DNA from: Clostridia bacterium
GTDB taxonomy: Bacteria; Bacillota; Clostridia; Oscillospirales; CAG-272
Length of the DNA: 64,000 nucleotides
Assembly (NCBI GenBank): GCA_017481495.1
Contig: JAFUPC010000076.1
Span: 8,755-72,754, forward strand
Direction: 5' to 3'
The position numbers were made by a program, and so were the translations under genes. Positions 54,525 to 64,000 of this stretch are shown piece after piece; within the stretch, counting starts at the first letter, position 1, and every line of letters begins with the position of its first letter. The notes under the pieces were generated by a model that worked only from the letters and a program-made list of their open reading frames with translations, did not search any database and was not told where the DNA came from.

Positions 54525-56972
54525 TTATTCCGCAAGATAGATGGACACGCGGGACTGGATGAGCTCCGCCGCTTCCTCCCGTGACCGGATGTGACCGGTG
54601 ACGTAGGACAACTCTTCATTGATGATGGACTCGATGGTCTCATCGGCAAGTCCGCACAACATTGCATCCGCGAAGCCGTCGGTAAACGCGTTTGCCCGTT
54701 CCGCCGTAAGATACAGTGCGCGGGGATACGATTCCAGATAAAGCGCCGTTTCTTCTGCCGTCTCCGTACCGTCCGCAAACACCGTCGTGGTTACCATGCC
54801 GATGTTCCATTTTCCCGCCATCGGGCCGCCGTAATGCTCCGATGTGCGCACGGTTTCCGTATAGCAGTAATATCCCGCCGGCATACAGGCGCGGAACGCG
54901 GATTCCGTCACCGGGAGACCGCCGTCCCGCAGAGCGTCGGAATTCTGGATTTCGTCGGAATAGAGCGTCCGCAGAAACGCAAGCGCGCCCTCCGTTTCCC
55001 CGCCGTTTTTCATGACCATGACGTTTACACTGTTTTCAAACACGATGCTTCCGCCCGTCTTGGACGGGTAGCCGCAGAAATTAATTTCGTCTTCATGCTC
55101 ATAAAGAAAATACCATATCCCCCGCAAAGCGTTGACGTCCGTGATGTCAAACGTCACGAATTTCATTTTCCCGTCAAGCAGGGCACCGATGGGGTCGCTT
55201 TCATCTCCGACCAGAGAATAATTGCAGTCCACCGTCAGCCCGTTCATATATCCTCCCGTCAGATAACCGATATAAGGATTCCGGTATGCGTTTGCGGTGG
55301 GATTACGGGGATTCGTCTTAAATCCGTCAAGAAAGGACAGAAATTCCACGAACACCGGCGAATCAAAGGAGCAGGTTCCGTTTTCTTCATCAACGAAATC
55401 GTAAAGCGTCACCGCCCGCAGTGCGTCCGTGATGTCATTGCCGAACAGGGTCTGCCCCTCGGACAGTCCCGCAAAAATTTCCGCCAGCTTTTCGTAGGTG
55501 AATGCTTCTCCTGCGGGAAGTATGTCGTAGGTTGTCAGAAGCGTGGAAAAGGTTCCGGTGACGGGCAGAACGGTGATGCTGTCGTTTAACTCCACCGAGG
55601 TTCGGACGCTGTCCATGAGCGCAATCTCATCGCAGAGGGCGGACAGGTCGTAAAGAATGCCCTTGTCTTCAATCTGATTCATATACGAATCGGTGGAATT
55701 CAGCGAACCGAGCAGCAGGACGTCAAAGGCGTCACCGCGGATGAGGTCTTCCTTGAATTTCTCGGCACGGGCGTTGTACTGTGCAAGCGAATTGGTGTAT
55801 TTCCGATCGACTGCGATGCTGTCGTATTCCGTATATTCGATTTGATATTCTTTGTTTTCCCGGTTGAACAGATCGACCGCGGCGCTGAACAGGTCTGTTT
55901 CCCAAGGTTTACAGTTGTACGATGCCACACGGACGGTTGTTCTGCAAAACAGCTGTCTGTCCTCCGCCGGCATCAGTAGTCCCGCAATCCGTTCTCCGTT
56001 CAGAAAATCCCGGTACGAAATCAGAAACTGATCCCCCGGTAAAATATCCAGCACCGTGACCTCCCCGGCATCGAGATACGCATCCGCAAACGTCAGAAGA
56101 AGCGTCTCCGTCCCATCCCGCTGTACCGTAATCCCATCGTTGCCGACAAGGTACACCGCGCCGTCCGCGTACAGAATCCGGTTCGCGGCGCGGTATGCAT
56201 CGGTCTCCGTGTACAGAACCACCTCCGCCGCCGTGTCCGCTGTCGGGTCATACCGCCATGCGGAGCCGTCTTCACACCAGACGACGATGCAGCCGTAGGC
56301 GGCGCGGTACGCATTCTCAACCGGGGACGCGGTGACGACCGGGGACGAGAGTGCGATGCCGTTTTCATCCAAGTGTGCAACGAAAAAGGAAAGCGGGTCG
56401 TGCAGGTCATACCAGACGCAGCAGTCGTCGTCCGGCACAATCAGCTGCATGGTCGAAACAACGGCATTGGCAAGCGGCACGGATTCCGATACCGCAAGGC
56501 AGTTTCCCGCCGCATCCGTCCGGCACAGAAACGCACGGTTTTCCGCGGTATCCGTGACCGACAGCAACAGACTTCCGTCTGTCAGATACCGCCACGTTTT
56601 CACCTGCGGCTCCGTGACGGAAACGGCGGACGATACGGCTTCCGTCAGCACGGCGGCGGTTTCCGATTCACGCTCGGTTTTTATCAGCGTTCCCTGCACG
56701 TCGTAGACCGCGTTCAGAATTCCGTCTGCATCGTCCGAAAACTGCAGGGTGACGGTGCCGTTATCATACCAGTACGCCCGATAAATCCAGTCATAAAACG
56801 GCCCTGCCCCGTCCGGGACAGGATATTTTACATATTCATACGCCTCCCCCCGGATATCCGTGGTCTGCGATTCCGTCCCGGCACCGGGGGCGTCCCCCGC
56901 GTCGCATCCCACAAAAACACACAGACACAAAAGCGTAAAACATATTGTAAACATACGGAAAAATCGTTTCAT
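54525..56972 (-). CDS. 815-aa lipoprotein; the C-terminal half has a solute-binding-protein-like fold
   Basis: Lipobox FVGC after a signal peptide. The N-terminal ~330 aa are uncharacterised. The C-terminal part resembles type-2 periplasmic binding proteins by composition and pattern only. Confidence 0.75.
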   Translation of the reverse strand: MKRFFRMFTICFTLLCLCVFVGCDAGDAPGAGTESQTTDIRGEAYEYVKYPVPDGAGPFYDWIYRAYWYDNGTVTLQFSDDADGILNAVYDVQGTLIKTERESETAAVLTEAVSSAVSVTEPQVKTWRYLTDGSLLLSVTDTAENRAFLCRTDAAGNCLAVSESVPLANAVVSTMQLIVPDDDCCVWYDLHDPLSFFVAHLDENGIALSSPVVTASPVENAYRAAYGCIVVWCEDGSAWRYDPTADTAAEVVLYTETDAYRAANRILYADGAVYLVGNDGITVQRDGTETLLLTFADAYLDAGEVTVLDILPGDQFLISYRDFLNGERIAGLLMPAEDRQLFCRTTVRVASYNCKPWETDLFSAAVDLFNRENKEYQIEYTEYDSIAVDRKYTNSLAQYNARAEKFKEDLIRGDAFDVLLLGSLNSTDSYMNQIEDKGILYDLSALCDEIALMDSVRTSVELNDSITVLPVTGTFSTLLTTYDILPAGEAFTYEKLAEIFAGLSEGQTLFGNDITDALRAVTLYDFVDEENGTCSFDSPVFVEFLSFLDGFKTNPRNPTANAYRNPYIGYLTGGYMNGLTVDCNYSLVGDESDPIGALLDGKMKFVTFDITDVNALRGIWYFLYEHEDEINFCGYPSKTGGSIVFENSVNVMVMKNGGETEGALAFLRTLYSDEIQNSDALRDGGLPVTESAFRACMPAGYYCYTETVRTSEHYGGPMAGKWNIGMVTTTVFADGTETAEETALYLESYPRALYLTAERANAFTDGFADAMLCGLADETIESIINEELSYVTGHIRSREEAAELIQSRVSIYLAE

Positions 56973-56999
56973 TTCAGCGCACCTCGTTTCTATGGTAAT

Positions 57000-57028
57000 A
57001 TTATACCATAAACGGAATCTGTTGTCAA
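57000..57028 (-). promoter_or_regulatory. promoter of the 815-aa lipoprotein gene
   Basis: TTGACA (57028-57023), 17 nt ending in TGG, TATAAT (57005-57000). Confidence 0.65.
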
Positions 57029-57062
57029 TTTTTTTGTATCCCGATATTTTTCGGAAAACCCC

Positions 57063-57092
57063 TTGACATTTCCCCCCATTTTATGTTATCAT
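57063..57092 (+). promoter_or_regulatory. promoter of the MFS transporter gene
   Basis: TTGACA (57063-57068), 18 nt, TATCAT (57087-57092), preceded by AAAACCCC. Confidence 0.55.
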
Positions 57093-57146
57093 ATATCCGA
57101 CTTCGTTTTCCGGTAATTTCCGGAATTTCCCCTGAAAGGACACATC

Positions 57147-58373
57147 ATGAAACTCACCGACAAACACACGCTTTACGCAAGCTATCTCGGTTACATCACG
57201 CAGGCGATCATCAACAATCTGCCGCCGCTTCTGTTTGTAACCTTCCAGACGCAGTTCGACATTCCGCTGACGAAAATCAGCGCGCTCATCACGATGAACT
57301 TCGTCATGCAGATCATCGTTGACCTGCTCTGTGCAAAATACGTTGACAAAATCGGCTACCGTCCGTCCATCGTCGCGGCGCACGTCTGCGCGGTGCTGGG
57401 ACTGGTTGCACTCGGCACACTGCCGTTTGTCATGGATCCGTTTACGGGCATCGTCATTGCGATGATTCTGAACGCCATCGGCGGCGGTCTGACCGAAGTG
57501 CTCATCAGCCCCATCGTTGAATCCCTGCCGGGGGATGAAAAGGCGGCGGCGATGAGCGTTCTGCACTCGTTCTACTGCTGGGGACATATGGCGGTCGTCA
57601 TTCTCTCCACGGTCTATTTCGTCGTCGTGGGAACGGAACACTGGCAGTTTCTGCCGTTTCTGTGGGCACTTCTGCCGCTGTTCAACACGTTTCTGTTCGC
57701 AAAGGTTCCGATGCACGTTCTGGTTGCGGAGGAAGACCGCATTCCCCTTTCCGAGCTGTTCCGGAAAAAGATTTTCTGGCTGTTCTTCTTCCTGATGCTG
57801 TGCGCAGGTGCTGCGGAACAGGCGATGAGCCAGTGGTCTTCCTACTTTGCGGAGCGCGGACTCGGCGTATCAAAAACGCTCGGCGACCTGCTCGGCCCGT
57901 GCGCGTTTGCGCTGACAATGGGGCTTTCCCGTCTCATTTACGGAAAACAAGGCTCGAAGATGAACGTTCAGCGGTTTATCGTCTTTTCGTCCGTTCTGTG
58001 CGTGGCGTCGTATCTGCTGACAGTGTTCTCGCCGTACCCGATCCTGTCGCTCATCGGATGCGGTCTGTGCGGCTTCTCGGTCGGTATCTTCTGGCCAGGT
58101 GTATTCTCGACTGCCGCTGTCACCTATCCTGCGGGCGGAACCGCACTGTTTGCGATGCTTGCCGTTGCCGGTGACCTCGGATGCGGCGGCGGGCCGGGGC
58201 TCGTCGGTATCCTCTCCGATGCGGCATCGACCGGTCTTGACTTTATCAAGTCTGTCATTCCGGCGGGTGCGGAGACGGAGCTGAAAGTCGGAATGCTGTT
58301 TGCTGTGATTTTCCCCGTGGGAATGATTGCCGGCATGGCGATTCTGAAAAAGATGTCAAAGAAAAAAGCATAA
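57147..58373 (+). CDS. MFS transporter
   Basis: 408 aa, 12-TM pattern; RBS GAAAGGA. Confidence 0.85.
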   Translation: MKLTDKHTLYASYLGYITQAIINNLPPLLFVTFQTQFDIPLTKISALITMNFVMQIIVDLLCAKYVDKIGYRPSIVAAHVCAVLGLVALGTLPFVMDPFTGIVIAMILNAIGGGLTEVLISPIVESLPGDEKAAAMSVLHSFYCWGHMAVVILSTVYFVVVGTEHWQFLPFLWALLPLFNTFLFAKVPMHVLVAEEDRIPLSELFRKKIFWLFFFLMLCAGAAEQAMSQWSSYFAERGLGVSKTLGDLLGPCAFALTMGLSRLIYGKQGSKMNVQRFIVFSSVLCVASYLLTVFSPYPILSLIGCGLCGFSVGIFWPGVFSTAAVTYPAGGTALFAMLAVAGDLGCGGGPGLVGILSDAASTGLDFIKSVIPAGAETELKVGMLFAVIFPVGMIAGMAILKKMSKKKA

Positions 58374-58377
58374 CACC

Positions 58378-58421
58378 GAGCATGGCATGAGCATGGCACG
58401 AGCATGGCATAAGCATGCTCC
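58378..58421 (+). repeat. short tandem repeat, 11 nt x ~4
   Basis: GAGCATGGCAT GAGCATGGCAC GAGCATGGCAT AAGCATGCTCC, directly after the MFS stop codon. Confidence 0.85.
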
Positions 58422-58435
58422 GGCAGTTTTTTTGC

Positions 58436-58476
58436 GGACGGTACCAAAGAGATTCTTTTTGCGGTACCGTCCTTTT
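58436..58476 (+). terminator. intrinsic terminator after the MFS gene
   Basis: GGACGGTACC-(17 nt)-GGTACCGTCC followed by TTTT. Confidence 0.65.
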
Positions 58477-58535
58477 CATTTGTGAACACAATCTGAATTT
58501 TTTGCATTTTCCCGCACAAATTCCCGTTTTTCCCT

Positions 58536-58563
58536 TTTCAAACGCGCAGTTTTGTGGTATAAT
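58536..58563 (+). promoter_or_regulatory. typA promoter
   Basis: TTTCAA, 16 nt ending in TGTGG, TATAAT (58558-58563). Confidence 0.45.
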
Positions 58564-58651
58564 ATATAAGTATTACTATGGAATATAGGAAGAATTTTTG
58601 AAACGGCGGCGGCAGACGAATTTGCGCCCCCTATGTAAGGAGAGGACTATT

Positions 58652-60487
58652 TTGGTCAGAGAAGATTTAAGAAACATAGCCATCATCGCGCACGTTGACC
58701 ACGGCAAGACCACGCTGGTTGACGGAATGCTCAAGCAGGGCGGTATTTTCCGCGACAATCAGGAAACGCAGGTCCGCGTCATGGACTCCAACGACTTGGA
58801 ACGCGAACGCGGCATCACGATCCTCGCCAAAAACACCGCCGTTCACTACAAGGACGTCAAGATCAACATCATCGACACCCCCGGCCACGCGGATTTCGGC
58901 GGTGAGGTCGAACGCATTCTGAAAATGGTCAACGGTGTCGTTCTGCTCGTCGATGCGGCGGAAGGCCCGATGCCCCAGACCCGTTTCGTTTTACAGAAAG
59001 CGCTGGAGCTGAACCACCGTGTCATCATCGTCATCAACAAGATCGACAAGCCCGATGCCCGCCTGGACGAGGTCGGCGACGAGGTTCTGGAACTTCTTCT
59101 GGAACTGAACGCAACGGACGAACAGCTCGATTCCCCGATGATCTGGTGCTCCGGCCGTTCCGGTACGGCATCCTATTCCCCCTACGAAGCATCCGACGAC
59201 TTAAAGCCCCTGTTTGAAACGATTCTCGATTACATTCCCGCGCCCGAGGGCGAGCCGGAGCTTCCCCTTCAGATGCTCGTTTCCTCCATTGACTACAACG
59301 ACTATGTCGGACGTATCGCCATCGGCCGTATCGAACGCGGCAGACTGCACGTCAACGAAGAGGTTGCCGTCTGCAACTACCACAATCCCGATGCCAAGTC
59401 CAAGCGTGCGCGCGTGCAGGCACTGTACCAGATCGACGGTCTGCGCCGGGTCCCCGTGGAAGAAGCAACAGTCGGTGACATCGTCTGCTTCTCCGGATGC
59501 GAGGACATCACCATCGGCGATACCATCTGCAAGACCGACTGCGTGGAGCCGCTGGAATTTATCAAGGTCTCCGAGCCAACACTGGAAATGACGATCTCCG
59601 TCAACGACTCCCCGTTTGCCGGAAAAGAAGGCAAATACGTCACCTCCCGCCATCTGCGCGAACGCCTTTACAAGGAACTTCTCAAGGACGTTTCCCTGCG
59701 CGTTTCCGACGGCGAATCCGCAAACGAATTCCGTGTCTGCGGCCGCGGTGAGATGCACCTGTCCATTCTTGTTGAAAATATGCGCCGCGAAGGCTACGAA
59801 ATGGCGCTCTCCACCCCGCACGTCATCATGAAAGAAATCGACGGTGTCCAGTGTGAACCGGTCGAAAAGGTCTACATTGATGTTCCGGACGAATATTCCG
59901 GCACGGTCATCGAAAAGATGGGTCAGCGTAAGGGCAATCTGATGGATATGCAGAAAAAGGGCGAGCGGATGCACATTGAATACGAAATTCCGACCCGCTG
60001 TCTGTTCGGCTACCGTTCCGAATTTTTGACCGACACGCGCGGCGAGGGTATCATGAACACGATGTTTGATTCTTATCAGCCGTACTGCGGTGAGATCATT
60101 CGCCGCTTCACCGGCTCCCTCATCGCATCCGAGACCGGCGAGTCCACCTCCTACGGTGTCTTCAACGCGCAGGATCGCGGTATCATGTTCATTTCCAACC
60201 AGGTCGATGTTTATGAGGGTATGATCGTCGGCGAATGCCCGAAGGTCGAGGACATTGCCGTCAACGTCTGCAAAAAGAAGCATCTGACCGCCATCCGTTC
60301 CACCGGTGCCGACGAAGCACTGACCCTGACCCCGCCGAAGATCATGAGCATCGAGGAAGCGATGGAATTCATCACAGACGACGAACTCATCGAGGTCACG
60401 CCGAAGAACATCCGCGTCCGCAAGAGAATTCTTGACAACTCCCTGCGCCTGAAAGCACAGGCCGCACTCAAAGCCGCAAAGAAATAA
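58652..60487 (+). CDS. typA: translational GTPase TypA/BipA
   Basis: AIIAHVDHGKTTLVD and DTPGHADFGGEVER G motifs, with length and domain order of BipA. The likely start is TTG 58652, 6 nt after AAGGAGAGG. The track start 58598 has no RBS and adds a basic extension. Confidence 0.9.
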   Translation: MVREDLRNIAIIAHVDHGKTTLVDGMLKQGGIFRDNQETQVRVMDSNDLERERGITILAKNTAVHYKDVKINIIDTPGHADFGGEVERILKMVNGVVLLVDAAEGPMPQTRFVLQKALELNHRVIIVINKIDKPDARLDEVGDEVLELLLELNATDEQLDSPMIWCSGRSGTASYSPYEASDDLKPLFETILDYIPAPEGEPELPLQMLVSSIDYNDYVGRIAIGRIERGRLHVNEEVAVCNYHNPDAKSKRARVQALYQIDGLRRVPVEEATVGDIVCFSGCEDITIGDTICKTDCVEPLEFIKVSEPTLEMTISVNDSPFAGKEGKYVTSRHLRERLYKELLKDVSLRVSDGESANEFRVCGRGEMHLSILVENMRREGYEMALSTPHVIMKEIDGVQCEPVEKVYIDVPDEYSGTVIEKMGQRKGNLMDMQKKGERMHIEYEIPTRCLFGYRSEFLTDTRGEGIMNTMFDSYQPYCGEIIRRFTGSLIASETGESTSYGVFNAQDRGIMFISNQVDVYEGMIVGECPKVEDIAVNVCKKKHLTAIRSTGADEALTLTPPKIMSIEEAMEFITDDELIEVTPKNIRVRKRILDNSLRLKAQAALKAAKK

Positions 60488-60517
60488 TTTATTCACCATC
60501 AGGAGGGATTACCCAAG

Positions 60518-61648
60518 ATGCGCAAACAAGCCACCGCCGCATTTCTCGCCGCACTGCTCCTGACCGCACCGGTACTGTCATCCTGTTCCGCCGACGCCTC
60601 CCCCGCTGTCATGGTCTACGAAAACACCGAGGTCACGGAAGCCATGTACACCTACTGGATGTCCGGCTACAAAAGCTATTTTCTCACCGTGCTCGGCGGC
60701 GAGGATACCGAAGAATTTCTGTCAAGCTCCATTGTCCTGTCGGCAGAGGACGGAAGCGATGTGGAACTGACCGTTGGTGATTATCTTTCCGACCGGATCG
60801 GGGAGATCATCGACAACAACTGCATCAGCCTGTATCTGTTTGACTATTACGACCTGGAGCTTCCCGATTCCACGGTTTCCGCCATCGACGAAGCCATCAA
60901 CAGCGAGATCGAGAATGCTGGCGGCAGAAAAGCGCTGAACGAAGCGCTTGCCGACATTTCGCTCAACATCAATACCCTGCGCGAGATGTATCTGTACGAC
61001 GAAAAGATCGCCTATCTCTACGATTATCTGTACGGCGACACCGATCTCGGCACCACCGGTGCGGAGCCGATCTCGACCGAGCAATATAATGCGTTTTATG
61101 AAGAAAACTACGTCTGTGTCCGGCACATCTACATCCGCACCGCGGACAAGAATGTTCTCGATGAGGAAGGCAACGTGCAGTATGACACGGACGGTTACGT
61201 CGTTACAGCAGAACTGACCGAGGAAGAAGCCGCCGAAAAGGTCGCGCTCTGCGACGAACTCATGGAACGGCTCGATGCCGGAGAGGATTTCGTGACGCTG
61301 GAAAACGAGTACAGCGAGGATTCCGGTCGTTACACGCTGACGAACGGCTACATCGTTTCCCGCTCCACATCCCTGCCGACGGAATTCATTGATGCCGCGT
61401 TTGACATGGAGATCGGCAATATCCGCCGCGTGGATGCATCTTATGCGACCCACATCATGCTCCGCACGGAGCTTCCGATCAACGGCTGGGCAAACACCGA
61501 CTACGAAACGCTGATGGGCGATTTCAAGGAATATGTCAAGTCGGAGGTCTACGCCGAGAAGATCGCACCGATGATCGAGGGCATCACCTACGAAGAAGAC
61601 CTCATCGCACAACACACCATCTACAACACCCCCATCACATCTTATTGA
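60518..61648 (+). CDS. PrsA/SurA-like foldase lipoprotein (degenerate parvulin region)
   Basis: Lipobox LSSC. The central ..YVCVRHIYIRT.. resembles the start of parvulin PPIase domains, with helical chaperone-like flanks. RBS AGGAGGG. Confidence 0.65.
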   Translation: MRKQATAAFLAALLLTAPVLSSCSADASPAVMVYENTEVTEAMYTYWMSGYKSYFLTVLGGEDTEEFLSSSIVLSAEDGSDVELTVGDYLSDRIGEIIDNNCISLYLFDYYDLELPDSTVSAIDEAINSEIENAGGRKALNEALADISLNINTLREMYLYDEKIAYLYDYLYGDTDLGTTGAEPISTEQYNAFYEENYVCVRHIYIRTADKNVLDEEGNVQYDTDGYVVTAELTEEEAAEKVALCDELMERLDAGEDFVTLENEYSEDSGRYTLTNGYIVSRSTSLPTEFIDAAFDMEIGNIRRVDASYATHIMLRTELPINGWANTDYETLMGDFKEYVKSEVYAEKIAPMIEGITYEEDLIAQHTIYNTPITSY

Positions 61649-61715
61649 CAAACGACAAGACCCGCTGGAATTTTCGTCCGACGGGTCGTTTTCTTTCCTT
61701 TTATTATAGATAGGA

Positions 61716-62633
61716 TTATCGGGTACGCTCCATGACGGCAAGTGCTTCGGTTTCCGCCGCCCGTGCCTGTTTCAGACAAACAGCGATTTTCTCCCGCACG
61801 GTTTTGTCGGCGGTGCTTCCCGTAATTTTTGCACGGAAAGCCTGCATCCAGTTTTCATATACGATTCTGTACTGCGCGGCGAGGGACTCATAACCGTATT
61901 TTTCAAGGAATTTCACCGCGTACAGTTTCAGAGCAGCATATGTGCCGAGGAAATATTCGAGATTCCAGCTGTCCTCTGTGATCTTGTTTTCCACAATGTC
62001 GATGAGCGCACCGTATGCCGCCAGACCTTTCGCGTTGTCGCACCATTCCTCCCCGCGCAGATGCGATGCGGCAAGCCGGACGGTGTCAGAGGCGATCTGT
62101 TCCTTTGTTTTTCCACTCGGTCCGGTCACGCACAGAACGGAGAGGATCGGCAGATCGAGCCGTCCGAGGCGGTCATACGGGACTTCCCCGGTGCTCCCGT
62201 CGATTTTCAGTGTGGACAGCATCGCTGTTTCATCATCATATCCGGTGATAACGCCCCATTCACAGCCGCTTACGTCCCACGATACCGCGCCGATGCCGTT
62301 GTCGATGTTTGTCTTTATGATTTCCAGCGCTGCGAGACGACGTTCCTCCTCCACGGCATCCTCTCCCCACAGCCGCTGAACATACGCACAGGAAAGTCCG
62401 CCGTTTTCGACCCACGGCTTCTGCGACGCAAAATCCCAGATGCTCGTCGCGCTCGGACACAGGTCGGGCGACACCCACATCCGGAACGCAAATCCGGACG
62501 ATGCGACGATATCATCCGCATATTCCGCAAACGCGCTGTGGGATGTGACCGAGTGCATGGATTTCGCAAGTGAAAAGAGGTATCCGGTGGGGTCTTCGGT
62601 TTTTTCAAAGGTGATGGATAAGTGCTTTTTCAT
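61716..62633 (-). CDS. hypothetical protein (possibly BtrH-N/DUF4872-like)
   Basis: 305 aa ORF with RBS AAAAAGGAG and no TM or signal sequence. The family guess is weak. Confidence 0.65.
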   Translation of the reverse strand: MKKHLSITFEKTEDPTGYLFSLAKSMHSVTSHSAFAEYADDIVASSGFAFRMWVSPDLCPSATSIWDFASQKPWVENGGLSCAYVQRLWGEDAVEEERRLAALEIIKTNIDNGIGAVSWDVSGCEWGVITGYDDETAMLSTLKIDGSTGEVPYDRLGRLDLPILSVLCVTGPSGKTKEQIASDTVRLAASHLRGEEWCDNAKGLAAYGALIDIVENKITEDSWNLEYFLGTYAALKLYAVKFLEKYGYESLAAQYRIVYENWMQAFRAKITGSTADKTVREKIAVCLKQARAAETEALAVMERTR

Positions 62634-62731
62634 GATGTCGTTGACTCCTTTTTGTGGTTTTCTTTATATCCATTATACCACATTTTCCCGCGTATTGCTT
62701 GATAAAAATTGCGCTTTTGGCATATTTTACG

Positions 62732-62765
62732 AAAAAAAGATACCGTTTTCCGGACGGTATCTTTT
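62732..62765 (-). terminator. intrinsic terminator after leuB
   Basis: RNA sense AAAGATACCGT-ccggaaa-ACGGTATCTTT followed by a T run. Confidence 0.8.
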
Positions 62766-62778
62766 CTTATCCAAAATT

Positions 62779-63849
62779 TCAGATGCGTTCCGCGACCAGA
62801 TCGCCCATGTCGGAGCAGCTGACCTTGGTACAGCCCTCCTGCATGATGTCACCGGTGCGGTAGCCGGCATCGAGAACCGCATTGACGGCGGCTTCGATGG
62901 TGTCGGCTTCTTCTGCCATATCGAACGAATAGCGGAGCATCATCGCGCCGGAAAGGATCGTTCCGAGCGGGTTTGCGATGTTCAGGCCCGCGATGTCGGG
63001 TGCGGAACCGTGGATCGGTTCGTACATACCGAGCGTTCCCTCGGACAGGGATGCGGACGGCATCATACCGATGGAACCGGTCAGCATGGACGCTTCGTCG
63101 GAGAGGATGTCGCCGAACATATTCTCGGTGACAAGCACGTCGAACTGGGTCGGGTTCTTGATGAGCTGCATTGCGGTGTTGTCAACCAGGATGTCGGACA
63201 GCTCCACGTCCGGATATTCCTCTGCCAGACGGTGCATCGTCTTTCTCCACAGACGGGAGGTGTCAAGGACATTCGCCTTGTCAACGGATGCAAGCCGTTT
63301 TCCGCGCTTGCGGGCGGTCTCGAATGCGACACGGCCGATGCGTTCGATCTCATGCTCGGAATACGGCATGATGTCGGTCGCAACCAGCTCCCCGTTTACT
63401 TCCTCGGTCTTTTTCGGGCCAAAGTACACGCCGCCGGTCAGCTCGCGGACAATCAGAAGGTCGATTCCGTTCCCAACGATTTCCTGCTTGAGCGGAGAAG
63501 AATCCGCCAGCTGCGGGAAGAGCTTCGTTGGGCGGAGGTTGGCAAACAGGCCAAGCTCCTTGCGGACGGCAAGCAGTGCCTTTTCCGGACGGATGGCGGG
63601 CGGACAGCTGTCCCATTTCGGGCCGCCGACAGCACCCAGCAGAACACTGTCTGCCGCTTTGCACTTCGCCATGCCCTCATCCGTGATCGGAACGCCGTAC
63701 TTGTCGATGGAGCATCCGCCGATGTCAACATCGGTATAGGTAAAGGTGTGACCGTACTTTTCGCATACCCGGTCAAGCACCTTGAGCGCTTCCGCAACGA
63801 TCTCGGGGCCGATACCGTCACCGCGCAGGACTGTAATGTTCTTATTCAT
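62779..63849 (-). CDS. leuB: 3-isopropylmalate dehydrogenase
   Basis: [18 protein letters not shown].. and full-length LeuB-like sequence. Confidence 0.95.
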   Translation of the reverse strand: MNKNITVLRGDGIGPEIVAEALKVLDRVCEKYGHTFTYTDVDIGGCSIDKYGVPITDEGMAKCKAADSVLLGAVGGPKWDSCPPAIRPEKALLAVRKELGLFANLRPTKLFPQLADSSPLKQEIVGNGIDLLIVRELTGGVYFGPKKTEEVNGELVATDIMPYSEHEIERIGRVAFETARKRGKRLASVDKANVLDTSRLWRKTMHRLAEEYPDVELSDILVDNTAMQLIKNPTQFDVLVTENMFGDILSDEASMLTGSIGMMPSASLSEGTLGMYEPIHGSAPDIAGLNIANPLGTILSGAMMLRYSFDMAEEADTIEAAVNAVLDAGYRTGDIMQEGCTKVSCSDMGDLVAERI

Positions 63850-63852
63850 GAT

Positions 63853-64000
63853 TTAATTCTCTTCTTTCAATGATGCGAGCAGACCGCCCTTTTTGATGAT
63901 GCTCTGGATAAACGGCGGGAACGGCTGTGCCTGATAGGTCTTGCCGGTCGTGTGGTCGGTGATGACACCGGTATCGAAATCCACGGAGACCTCATCGCCA
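63853..64000 (-). CDS. leuD: 3-isopropylmalate dehydratase small subunit, C-terminal 48 codons (5' part right of the window)
   Basis: Not in the ORF track. Manual reverse translation gives ..GDEVSVDFDTGVITDHTTGKTYQAQPFPPFIQSIIKKGGLLASLKEEN, with the stop at 63855-63853, 3 nt before the leuB ATG. Confidence 0.75.
   Translation of the reverse strand, partial: GDEVSVDFDTGVITDHTTGKTYQAQPFPPFIQSIIKKGGLLASLKEEN

Noticed and set aside
59201-63873. Long antisense ORFs 59201..60499 (-), 60722..61741 (-) and 62440..63873 (+)
   Set aside because: Shadows of typA, the PrsA-like gene, the hypothetical gene and leuB respectively.

Overview
GC-rich, Firmicutes/Clostridia-style chromosomal window. The taxon is inferred from gene content, sigma-A promoters, T-box leaders and lipoprotein signals. 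It reads as core genome: I found no integrase, transposase, phage, CRISPR or restriction genes. Main content follows. (1) A complete trpEGDCFBA operon (6.3-13.0 kb, minus strand) sits behind a T-box leader with a UGG (Trp) specifier. (2) A second T-box(Trp) leader drives a COG2984/4120/1101-type ABC importer (trpXYZ-like, 30.0-33.1 kb). (3) There are ten tRNA genes: a solitary tRNA-Val(GAC) and two partly duplicated minus-strand tRNA operons that bracket a phosphatase gene and a GH28-like gene. (4) A BlaI/BlaR1-like repressor/sensor pair is present. (5) Housekeeping genes include an OYE flavoenzyme, uppP, an ABC exporter, aconitase, hslO, cls, an OmpR/HK pair, MATE, a DAG-kinase-like gene, a Nudix gene, MFS, typA, a PrsA-like gene and leuB/leuD. 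(6) Several signal-peptide-less glycosidase-like enzymes lie next to orphan solute-binding lipoprotein paralogues. Two edge-truncated genes are missing from the ORF track and were found by hand: a large glycosidase at 1..2067 (minus) and the leuD 3' end at 63853..64000 (minus). Many long track ORFs are antisense shadows of real genes, as expected for GC-rich DNA. Several track starts are GTG/TTG extensions, which I trimmed to RBS-supported starts. The least ordinary observations are these. Intergenic spacers, including an intra-operon spacer and tRNA spacers, are packed with tandem, perfect, sequence-unrelated short stem-loops, one of which keeps its pairing through a compensatory change between duplicated copies. 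A promoter-plus-terminator bounded, C/U-rich candidate sRNA lies next to tRNA-Val. An Fe-ADH::ALDH fusion has the domain order opposite to AdhE. A zinc-ribbon membrane protein carries a Gly/Met/His-rich tail. I see no recognisable defence or mobile system. All family calls are from reading the sequence and recalled motifs, with no searches run.
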